Shown: one piece after another, positions 10,030-18,900 of the stretch
Numbering within the stretch: the stretch's first letter is position 1
Layout: each line of letters begins with the position of its first letter
Assembly (NCBI GenBank): GCA_963810095.1
Contig: CAWEMM010000007.1
Coordinates: 160,001-224,000, forward strand
Direction of reading: 5' to 3'
DNA from: an uncultured Chloroflexia bacterium
Lineage (GTDB): Bacteria > Chloroflexota > Anaerolineae > CG2-30-64-16
DNA: 64,000 nt
The notes under the pieces: generated by a model
Told to the model about the DNA's origin: nothing
Databases searched by the model: none
What the model saw: only the letters and a program-made list of their open reading frames with translations
Translations under genes and position numbers: made by a program

Positions 10030-11844
10030 TTACAGTGCGCAGTATCGCTCGATCTTCTGGCCGATCACCGCGAGGCTGTCATCCCAGAACTTCCGCCCTC
10101 GCAGGTCGATGCCAAAGCGGGCCGCGAGATCGGCCGCGCGTCCTTCGCCCGTCGAAGCCAACAGGTTGATGTAATCGTCGACGAAGGTCGGCCCCCGCTG
10201 CTGATAGATCGCGTACAAGCCCGTTCCGAAGAGCAGACCGAACGCGTACGGGAAGTTGTAGAACGACTGCTCGGCCCGGTAGTAGTGCGGCTTCCAGGTC
10301 CACATGTAGGGGTGGAGATGGGCCGGATCGATTCCGTCACCGTACGTCGCGACCTGTGCCCGGCTCATGATCTCGCAGAGGTCATCGGCCGAAAGCTCGC
10401 TCTTCTCGCGGCGCTCGAACACCTCTTTTTCGAAGAGGTAGCGCGAGTAGATGTCTACGATGACCTGGCTGTCGCCGATGAGCGAGGTCTCGAGGATCTC
10501 GAGCTGCTTCCCCGGATCGGTCGTCTCGGACAGCACCGCCTGCATGACGATGGTCTCGCACATGATCGAAGCGGTCTCGGCGAGCACCATGGGCGTGCTG
10601 GCCTGGAGGGGCGTCTTGCCTGCTGCGAAATGGCACTCGTTGTGGAACGCGTGGCCCAGTTCGTGCGCGAGGGTGGAAACCTGGTCCAGCGTGCCGTCGA
10701 AGTTGCTCAACACCCGAGACTCGCGGGGCCCCCACACCTTCATGCAGAATGCACCCCCGCGCTTGCCCGGCCGCTGCTCCGCGTCGATCCAATTCCCATC
10801 GAACGCGCGCCGCGCCAGATCGGCCAGCTTGGGCGAGAACGAGCCGAAGTTCTTGAGGATGAAGCTCCGGGCTTCGTCAAAGGCGTAGCCCTGTCCGGTT
10901 TCGCCGCTCTGGGGCGCCGGCGCCCAGAGGTCCCACCACGCCAACCGGTCCTTGCCGAGCCGCTGCGCCTTCTTTTGCCAATACTTGCGGAAGGTGGGGA
11001 AGCTATCGGCCATGGCCGCCAGCATCGCATCCAGCGTCTCGCGGTCGATCCGCGCCCGGTCCACCGGCTCGTGCAGCGCGTCCGTCCGGCCGCGGCGGCG
11101 GCTCAGCGTGTTGACCGTGCCCTTGATCCCGTTCATGCATGCGGCGAGCGGCTCGCGGGCCGATGCCAGCAGCACGAGCTCTGCCTCGTGCGCTCGACGC
11201 CGCACATCCTCGTCGGGATGCGAGTGCAGGTTGATCAGCGCAGGCAGCGGCAGCCGCTGCACCTGACCGTCCAATTCAAAGTCGGCCGTTAACTGCGAGG
11301 TGACGATGCCCTGCAGGTTGTTCCAGAGGCTGGTGCTGTTCAGCGACAACTCGGCCGCAAGGCCCTCCAACTCCTCGGCCATCAGGTAGCGGCTCTGCTC
11401 GGCCATCTCCCGGAGTGCGAAGGCGTGCGCGGCCAGGTTCTCACGGCGGCCAAGGACAGTCTCCAGCCGGGGACCCAGGCTGCCCACCCACGCCTCGAAC
11501 CGCGTGTTCAACTGCCGCAGCCGGACCGCAACCTGCTTGTGCTCGGATTCGAGACGCCGTGCGAGCATGTCGAGCGAGTCCGTACTGACAAAGGAAGAGA
11601 TATAGGGCACGATCGTCGCATTCAAGACGCCGAGGTTGTTGAACCGCACCACGAGATCGTCGAGCAGCGCCGCGAGCGCTTCCGGGTCTGCGTCCGCAGT
11701 GGAAGCAGACGGCACGACGCGCTCGTCAAAGACGCGCTCAAGCTCGTCCACCGCCCGCTCGAACTGCTGGGTCGCGACTGCGAATTCGGGCGAGTTCAGC
11801 CCGGGGAAAACGTTGGAAAGGTCCCACCGAGGGGGTGTAATCAT
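10030..11844 (-). CDS. pepF: Oligoendopeptidase F (peptidase M3B)
   Basis: PRWDLS N-terminus, RPGKRGGAFC, TLAHELGHAFH zinc motif, LAETAS, FYNFPYAFG. Confidence 0.92.
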   Translation of the reverse strand: MITPPRWDLSNVFPGLNSPEFAVATQQFERAVDELERVFDERVVPSASTADADPEALAALLDDLVVRFNNLGVLNATIVPYISSFVSTDSLDMLARRLESEHKQVAVRLRQLNTRFEAWVGSLGPRLETVLGRRENLAAHAFALREMAEQSRYLMAEELEGLAAELSLNSTSLWNNLQGIVTSQLTADFELDGQVQRLPLPALINLHSHPDEDVRRRAHEAELVLLASAREPLAACMNGIKGTVNTLSRRRGRTDALHEPVDRARIDRETLDAMLAAMADSFPTFRKYWQKKAQRLGKDRLAWWDLWAPAPQSGETGQGYAFDEARSFILKNFGSFSPKLADLARRAFDGNWIDAEQRPGKRGGAFCMKVWGPRESRVLSNFDGTLDQVSTLAHELGHAFHNECHFAAGKTPLQASTPMVLAETASIMCETIVMQAVLSETTDPGKQLEILETSLIGDSQVIVDIYSRYLFEKEVFERREKSELSADDLCEIMSRAQVATYGDGIDPAHLHPYMWTWKPHYYRAEQSFYNFPYAFGLLFGTGLYAIYQQRGPTFVDDYINLLASTGEGRAADLAARFGIDLRGRKFWDDSLAVIGQKIERYCAL

Positions 11845-11906
11845 CGTCGACTGGCTCCCGCTGAGTTTCGCTGGTCGCTGGACACCGGGGTCCGCAAGCC
11901 TGCGAA

Positions 11907-11935
11907 AGTCTATGCCCCGCTGCGTGATAAGTCAA
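11907..11935 (-). promoter_or_regulatory. Sigma70-type promoter for pepF
   Basis: Minus strand reads TTGACT-17 nt-TAGACT, about 60 nt upstream of the start. Confidence 0.55.
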
Positions 11936-12000
11936 GCCAACGCGGCGGGCGGACGCACTTTCCCTGGTGGCATGCGCTCCGGATCAGCCCCATTCGCGCG

Positions 12001-12404
12001 CTAGGCGGCTGCGGTGGCCGCTTCTACCACGAGCTCCCGGAGCGCAGCGGCGTCGACGTCGCTGAGGCGCTTCACATACAGGCATCCCTTGCCGGCCTTA
12101 TACTTGCCGACCGCGCCAACGCGCCGGCGTGCATTTCGACGCAGTTGCCGAGATACAGGGTCAAAGCATCCTTACGGGAGGCGAACCCCACCTTCATCCA
12201 CTCGCCGCTCCGACCCGACGCGTAGTGGTAAGTGTATCTGCCGAAGCCTACGATGCTTTCGCCCCACATCACGGGTGGTTCACCCGTCACGTCTTGCATT
12301 AATTCGGCTACGGCCTGGCAGTCCTGCCGGCGCTGGGGGTCGGGAATTGCCGCGATATGGTCCCAGGCGCTTGCCGCTGTCGGTTGGGTTTTGGGTTCGG
12401 CCAT
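12001..12404 (-). CDS. DUF1801 (YdhG-like) domain protein; frameshift near 12110
   Basis: MAEPKTQPT, MWGESIVGFGRYTYHYASGRSGEW, GFASRK; continues in a shifted frame as GKYKAGKGCLYVKRLSDVD. Confidence 0.85.
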
Positions 12405-12414
12405 GCTGATCTCC

Positions 12415-12810
12415 TCAGGAAAACGACGCAACTGTCTCGGCGAGATCGCGGTGCATCTCGAGCAGCAGGTCCAGTCCGCTCAATTCCAGCACCTTCACGA
12501 CCTCCGGATTTGGATTCAGCAGCTTCAGATAGCGCGCCTTGCTGCCGGTTCGCAACACCCGCCGGGCGTCCTCGTCCGTTAGCCCGTTTGCCTGGTAGAG
12601 TGCGACGAGCGTCTTGTTGATCGACCGGATGCCGAAGCTGCCCACGAAGGGAACCTCGGTCAGGTCCAGGATGAGGTCGCGGGTACCGTTCGCAATCGCT
12701 AGCGCCACCGCAGACTCGAACTGACCGGCCGTATCCGCCGTCATCTCGCCTTTCACGTGTAACACCGTGACCGGAACGCTAGCCCGTTCCTGGCTCACCT
12801 TGATCTCCAT
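12415..12810 (-). CDS. STAS domain protein (anti-sigma factor antagonist)
   Basis: VLHVKGEM, LILDLTEVPFVGSFGI, LKLLNPNPEVVKVLELSGLD. Confidence 0.85.
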   Translation of the reverse strand: MEIKVSQERASVPVTVLHVKGEMTADTAGQFESAVALAIANGTRDLILDLTEVPFVGSFGIRSINKTLVALYQANGLTDEDARRVLRTGSKARYLKLLNPNPEVVKVLELSGLDLLLEMHRDLAETVASFS

Positions 12811-13051
12811 GCTGCCTCCTATTCCCGCGCCGTGCTACGAGGGGCGCACGGGTATCATACGAAAAGGTTTGCGCTCATGTCAGGCGCGAGGACTACAAAC
12901 AAGGGACGCGGAGTTCGAGGCCGCGCATCGTGTGCGACTCTACAGCCCCGGCAGCCCGTCTTTACTATACTGATCGCAACTTGTTTTGCGCTAGTGCGAC
13001 GAATCAAGCCGCGCCGGTGCAGGTTTCGGGCCGAGCGAGTATCGAGGTGTC

Positions 13052-13952
13052 ATGACTGAGCCAGCCAGGAGTCCTTTGCCTGAAGACGAGGTGGAGTTGC
13101 GTGGGGACGAGGAGCCACAGGTGGCGCCGGCCGCCGGGGGCTGCGGCCGGGCAGGCTGCGGGTTCGTGCTGGGCGTGTTGGGGAGCGCTCTGGTAACCGT
13201 CCTCATCATCGCAACCCTGCTCACCCGCGGACACCCGATTACATTTGCGAGCCGGCTGATTTCTCGGCCAACTGCCACACCGTCTCCTACGGCCCCTGGT
13301 GGCGCAGGGACGGGTGGGGTCCGGTCGGTGGCGTCCGCCACGCCACCCGCGGCCACCCGCGCGCCCGCGGCCACCCCGACCTTCATTCCCGTGCCCACGG
13401 CCGTGCCGACCCGCACGCCGACACCGACGCCCATCGCCTACGCCCACGCCAATCATCGCCCTGCGCCAGGTGAACGAGCTGGGCCGGTACGAGTCCATGC
13501 AATTCGTGATCCAGACGGTGGTGGACCTGTCGCGCGAACCGAGCAACTTCTGGGAACGCATCTGCGGATCGGATCAGCTGCTGCTGGTGGCCGGGGGCGA
13601 GGTCATCGCGGGGTTCGACCTGGGCAAGGTGGGACCGGGCGACTTGCAGATCACGGGCCGCAGGCTCAGGCTGACTTTGCCGCCGCCCGAGGTGTTCAGC
13701 TACTTTGTCCGAGAGGACCAGACGTACGTTTATCTGCGCAACACGGGCCTGCTGTGCAAGCCTGACCCGGGCCTGGAGACCCAGGCGCGGCGCCAGGCAG
13801 AGCAGCGGCTGCTGGACTACGCGATGCAGCAGGACATCCTCGTTCGGGCGCAGAAAGCTGGTTTGACGCAGTTGGAGGCTTTCTTCAGGGACCTGGGGTT
13901 CGAGCAGGTGGAGCTGACGGTCAAGCCGGGCAGCGCCGGCGCCGACGGCTAA
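13052..13952 (+). CDS. Membrane-anchored DUF4230-like protein with Pro/Thr linker; frameshift near 13440
   Basis: N-terminal TM and a PT-rich linker, then LLLVAGGEVIAGFDL, LTLPPPEVF and a helical C-terminus typical of DUF4230. Confidence 0.75.
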
Positions 13953-14283
13953 TGACGATTTGGCGGGGGCACTCTGCCCCGCCGCCCGGCCGCCGCCGCT
14001 CCCGCTTCGGGGGCGTCGCCCCCGAAACCCCCAAAGGCAATGCTCCCGGAGGGTCGGCTGCCTCTTGACTGGCAGGCGCCCGGCAGTGCCGGGCAGCGGC
14101 CGTGCTCGCTTCTCACACAACAGCGGTTACGAGCACGCATGGTTCTAATCGCCCCTGCCTCGTCCCCCGCACAGTGACTTATCCGGGCGAACGCGTACCC
14201 GCAGCGTGGCCTTTGGGGTTCCAAGGGGCGTAGCCCCTGGTCGGGGGCGGCGGGGGCAAGAGTGCCCCCGCCAAAAAGTCATT
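13951..14283. mobile_element. 333-bp non-coding REPIN/MITE-like element with long imperfect terminal inverted repeats and internal hairpins
   Basis: Left end AATGACGATTTGGCGGGGGCACTCTGCCCCGCCGCC; reverse complement of right end AATGACTTTTTGGCGGGGGCACTCTTGCCCCCGCCGCC. A second nested pair is GGGGCGTCGCCCCCGAAACCCCCAAAGGC / GCCTTTGGGGTTCCAAGGGGCGTAGCCCC. Sits between convergent genes. Confidence 0.65.
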
Positions 14284-14339
14284 GAAACCCGCCCCAGCTA
14301 ACTCTCGGATGGATACTCAGGTGCAGCGAGCCGAGCTGC

Positions 14340-15116
14340 TTACAGGTCGAGCGTCAACCCAACGGGGCAATGATCCGACCCTTTGACGTCGGGCAGGATG
14401 AACGCGTCGACGACCAGTGGCGCCAGGTCGGCCGTCACGAAGAAGTAGTCCAGCCGCCAGCCGATATTCCGCTCGCGCGCCTGGCCCCACTGCAGCCACC
14501 AGGTGTACGCGCCGGCCGTCTCGGGGTAGAGGTGGCGGAAGGTGTCGACATAACCGGCCTCGGTCCAGCGGTCGAGCCAGGCACGCTCTTCGGGCAGAAA
14601 GCCCGTGCTTTTCAGGTTCTGCTTAGGCCGGGCCAGGTCGATCTCCCGGTGCGAAGTGTTCACGTCGCCACATACGACGAGCGAGCGGGACTGCTGCCGC
14701 AAGTCGTCGCAGAACTTCAGAAAGGCGTCGTAGAACGCCAGCTTGTAGGGCACCCGTTCCTGATCGCGCCCGCCGTTGGGAAAGTAGCAGTTGACGAGGA
14801 CGAAGCGGCCGAAGTCGGCCACGAGCGTGCGGCCTTCGTCATCGAACTCCGCGCTGCCAATGCCCGGGCTGACCGTGAGCGGTTGGGCCTTGCTCAGAAT
14901 CGCGGTCCCCGAATGGCCTTTCTTGCGCGTCGAGTGTGTCCAGTAGCCGAAATAGCCGGGCGGTTTGGCGAGGTCGGGCGGCAGCTGGCCTTCTTCTGCC
15001 CGTGTCTCCTGCAGGCACAGGATATCGGGGGCAGCGGTCGCAAGCCAGGGCAGGAAGCCGGCCCGGTGGATGGCGCGCGCGCCGTTGACGTTCCAGGAAA
15101 GCAGGGTCAGGGTCAT
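14340..15116 (-). CDS. xth: Exodeoxyribonuclease III (AP endonuclease)
   Basis: SWNVNG, LCLQET, DDEGR, NCYFPNG, GDVNTSH, GWRLDYF, GSDHCP. Confidence 0.95.
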   Translation of the reverse strand: MTLTLLSWNVNGARAIHRAGFLPWLATAAPDILCLQETRAEEGQLPPDLAKPPGYFGYWTHSTRKKGHSGTAILSKAQPLTVSPGIGSAEFDDEGRTLVADFGRFVLVNCYFPNGGRDQERVPYKLAFYDAFLKFCDDLRQQSRSLVVCGDVNTSHREIDLARPKQNLKSTGFLPEERAWLDRWTEAGYVDTFRHLYPETAGAYTWWLQWGQARERNIGWRLDYFFVTADLAPLVVDAFILPDVKGSDHCPVGLTLDL

Positions 15117-15164
15117 GGCGCCTGGAGTATAATGGGTTCTCAAACAGGACACAAGGAGCGGCTC

Positions 15165-15632
15165 ATGGCACAAGTCAGCGCGGGAATCCTTCTTTACCGG
15201 CTGAACGGGACTTGTCCCGAGGTCTTTCTGATCCACATGGGCGGGCCGTTCTGGGCGCGCAGGGACGCGGGCGCATGGTCGATCCCAAAGGGCCTGGTGG
15301 ACGAAGGCGAGGAGTTGCTGGCGGCAGCGCTGCGCGAGTTCCGGGAGGAAACGGGGCAGCTGCTGGCCCCTGCCGAGCCCCCACACCCGCTGTCGCCCAT
15401 CCGCCAGTCCGGCGGCAAGGTTGTACACGCGTGGGCGGTGAAGGGCAATGCAGACCCCGAGCACATTGTGAGCAACACCTTCCAGGTCGAGTCGCCCCGG
15501 GGGTCAGGGCGGTGGCGCAGTTACCCCGAAGCAGACCGCGCGGCGTGGCTCGGCCTCGCGGAAGCGCATGACAAGATCGTAACAGGACAGCGCGGCCTGC
15601 TCGACGAACTGGCAGCCCTCCTCGGGTGCTAG
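15165..15632 (+). CDS. NUDIX hydrolase
   Basis: SAGILLYR, HMGGPFW, WSIPKG...AALREFREETG Nudix box; GGAG RBS. Confidence 0.9.
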   Translation: MAQVSAGILLYRLNGTCPEVFLIHMGGPFWARRDAGAWSIPKGLVDEGEELLAAALREFREETGQLLAPAEPPHPLSPIRQSGGKVVHAWAVKGNADPEHIVSNTFQVESPRGSGRWRSYPEADRAAWLGLAEAHDKIVTGQRGLLDELAALLGC

Positions 15633-15760
15633 CGTCCGCTTCTGCTCCTCCAGGATGGCGAAGTCCCCGCATCACCACCGTCGTTCCTCGAACCCGCTCT
15701 GGTGACCGGCAGTCATAGTGTCACGAATTGTTTGTATATTCCAGATTTGTAGCAATAAGC

Positions 15761-15777
15761 ATGACGCGTTGCGTCAT
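15761..15777. promoter_or_regulatory. Palindromic operator-like site upstream of the PKS gene
   Basis: ATGACGC-gtt-GCGTCAT, perfect 7-bp arms in an AT-rich intergenic stretch. Confidence 0.45.
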
Positions 15778-15818
15778 TTTTGCGATACAGCAAATTACGT
15801 ATTGTTCGCTCCAACGCC

Positions 15819-15836
15819 TTGTGCTATAGTGCACAC
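15819..15836 (+). promoter_or_regulatory. Rex-like operator overlapping an extended -10 (TGcTATAGT) of the PKS gene
   Basis: TTGTGCTATAGTGCACAC, with palindromic TGTGC-N6-GCACA, resembles the Rex box TTGTGAANNNNTTCACAA. Confidence 0.5.
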
Positions 15837-15976
15837 AGTGCGTCCGGTTCACGTACGACACTGTATCCCTTATCCGATCTTCCCGGCACCCGGTTTTAGC
15901 AGGCTGGAGGTTCACCAGGCACAACAATTGAGGGCAGCCCTTCCCCCTGGGGTTGTCTGCCTAAGGAGCGACAACG

Positions 15977-18900
15977 ATGCGCGGGCAGAGAGGCGGCAGC
16001 AACGCTCTCGATCGGAGCGGTGGCCGGGGGAGCAGGCTCCCTGTGGCCATTGTCGGAGTAGGCGCGATCCTTCCTGATGCGCCATGTGCGCCGGCATACT
16101 GGCAGAATATCCGCAGCCGGCGGTACAGCATCACCGAGGTCCCCAGTGACCGGTGGCGGATCGAGGACTATTACGATCCCGATCCGAGTGTCCGGGATAA
16201 GACCTACAGCAAAATCGGCGCCTGGGTGCGCGGCTTTACATTCGACTGGAAGGGCTTTCGGATCCCGCCGAAAGTCGCTGCTGCCATGGATGAAGGGCAG
16301 CAGTGGGCGGTGACCATTGCCGCCGAGGCCCTTGCCGATTACGGGTATCCGGCTCGTTCGCTCGATACGGAGCGCACGGGAGTCATTCTCGGCGCCGCAA
16401 TGGGTGGCGAGCTTCATTACATCACCGGCCTGCGGGTTTTCTTCCCCGAGTACGCCAACGCGCTGGCCGCGGTGGATGAGTTCCGGTCGCTGGGCCACGA
16501 ACAGCGGGCCGCGCTCGTCCAAGGGCTGCGCGGCTGAGGTCGACCGCCGGATCCCCGGCATCAGCGAGGACAGCATGCCCGGCGAGCTGGCGAACGTCAT
16601 CGCCGGCCGGGTTGCCAACGTTTTCAATTTCCGCGGCCCCAATTTCATTGCCGACGCGGCGTGTGCATCGTCATTCGCCGCGCTCGAATCCGCGTGTGAT
16701 CTCCTGGCCCACGGCAAAGCCGACGCCGTCCTGTGCGGCGGCGTCGACCGCAACATGGGCCCCTCAACCTTCGTCAAGTTCTGCAAGATCGGCGCACTCA
16801 GCGCAACCGGCACCCGGCCTTTTGGAGAGGGTGCGGACGGTTTCGTCATGGGTGAGGGCGCGGCCGCGTTCCTGCTGCGCCGCCTGGACGACGCGATAGC
16901 CGACGGCGACAAGATCTACGCGGTCATCCGTGGCATCGGCGCGGCCAGCGACGGTAAGGGCAAGGGCATCACCGCGCCCAACCCACAGGGCCAAATCCTC
17001 GCGGTGCGCCGGGGCTGGGAAGACGCCGGGCTGGATCCGGCGACGTGTACGCTCGTCGAGGCCCACGGCACGAGCACGAAGGTGGGCGACGTCGTCGAGG
17101 TGAACAGCCTGAGCGAAGTCTTTGCCACGGCGCGGCGGGGCAGCATCGGGCTGGGCTCGGCCAAAAGCAACGTCGGCCATCTGAAAGCCGGCGCGGGCGC
17201 GGCGGGACTGCTGAAGGCGGTTTATGCCCTGCATCACAAGGAACTGCCGCCGACGCTCAACGCCGAGCGGCCGAACCCGGCCATCGATTTCTCCTGCACG
17301 CCGTTCCGCCTGGTCCACGAGCCGGCTGCGTGGGAGCCGGATGGTGGGCTGCCGCGGCGCTGCGGCGTCAGCGCGTACGGCTTTGGCGGCACGAACTTCC
17401 ACGTGGTGTTGGAGGAGTACCGGGCCGGGCGAACTCGAGCAGGCGTCGCGCAGGTGAGCAGCGAGCGTCCGGCGGAGGCCGGCAGGTAGTTTTGCCGGGC
17501 GAAGTCGAAGGAGCGGAACTGCTCACGGACCTCTTCGCATCCTTCGGCGCGCACCGCGAAACAGCGGGCGGGAAACGTCAGCGAAGCTGACGCCCGCTCA
17601 GATGCTGGCCGCTGCCACTCCGCGGCGTGCTGGCGCTTGGCGCGGATGACGCCCGCAGGGCTTACGGGGCAGTTGGACGAAGTCGCCGGCAAGGTGGCCG
17701 GCGGCTGGCTTCCGCCGCCGGCCGCGCCCGCCGCGGTCGTGCTGTCTGCAGCCGAGCGCCTGGTGGTCGACTTCAGCACGCCAGAGGAACTGATCGAACG
17801 GATCAAGGCCGCCCGACAGGCGCTGCAGAGCGAGCAGCCCGCGGCCTGGCGGGCGCTGGCAAACCGCGGCATCTTCCGCGGCCGGGGCGAACCGGCGGGG
17901 AAGGTGGCCTTCCTCTTCCCCGGCCAGGGCAGCCAGTACGCCAACATGGGCCGCACGTTCGCAGACCTGCCGCCGTTCGCCGCGACCTTCGCCGAAGCGG
18001 ACGCAGTGCTGACGCCCATACTCGGGAGGCCGCTTACCAGCTACATCTTCAGCGACCCTGACGATGCGGCCGCGCTGCGGGCGGCCGAAGAAGCGCTGCG
18101 CCAGACCGCCATCACGCAGCCAGCCGTCCTGACTCTCGACGTCGCGCTCTGCCGCCTGCTGGCCGCGTACGGTTTCGCGCCGGACATGGTGATGGGCCAC
18201 TCCCTGGGCGAGTATGCCGCGCTGGTCGTCGCGGGCGTGCTGCCCTTTGCCGATGCGCTCGAGGCTGCGGCGGCCAGGGGCGCAGAGATGACGCGGGTGA
18301 GCATGGAAGACAACGGCTGGATGGCCGCGGTGATGGCGCCCCTCGACGTGGTGCAGGACATTCTCGAAGGTGTCGAGGGATATGTCGTGCCGGCAAACAT
18401 CAACAGCCTGGGCCAATGCGTGATCGGCGGCGCAAGCCGGCCGGTCGAGGACGCGATTGCGGCGTTCAAGGCCAAGGGCTTCGAGGCGCAGCGCCTCCCC
18501 GTGAGCCACGCATTCCACACCGCGATCGTCGCCCCGGCCAGCAAGCCCTTGCGCCAGGTCCTCGACCGTCTACACGTGGGGCCCCCGGCGCTGCCGGTCA
18601 TTTCGAACGTCACAGGTGACTTCCATCCCCACGACGTAAAGGGCATTAAGGACTTGCTCGAGCAGCAGATCGCCTCGCCGGTCCAGTGGGTGTTGGGGCT
18701 GGATGCGCTGTACAGGCACGGGTGCCGCACCTACGTCGAGGTCGGACCCAAGCGTGCGCTCAAGGGCTTCGTGGACGAGGTGCTGGGGACGCGCGAAGGC
18801 GTGAGCAGTGTGTTGACCTGTCACCCGAAGACGGGCGAAGCGGCCACCTTCAACCAAGCGCTGTGCAGCCTGTGGGCAGGAGGGTACGGGCTTGGATCGG

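Noticed and set aside
13951-14283. Identification as tmRNA, RNase P RNA, SRP RNA or 6S RNA
   Set aside because: Hallmark sequences (tRNA-like ends, GAGGAAAGUCC, SRP helix-8 loop) were not found on either strand.
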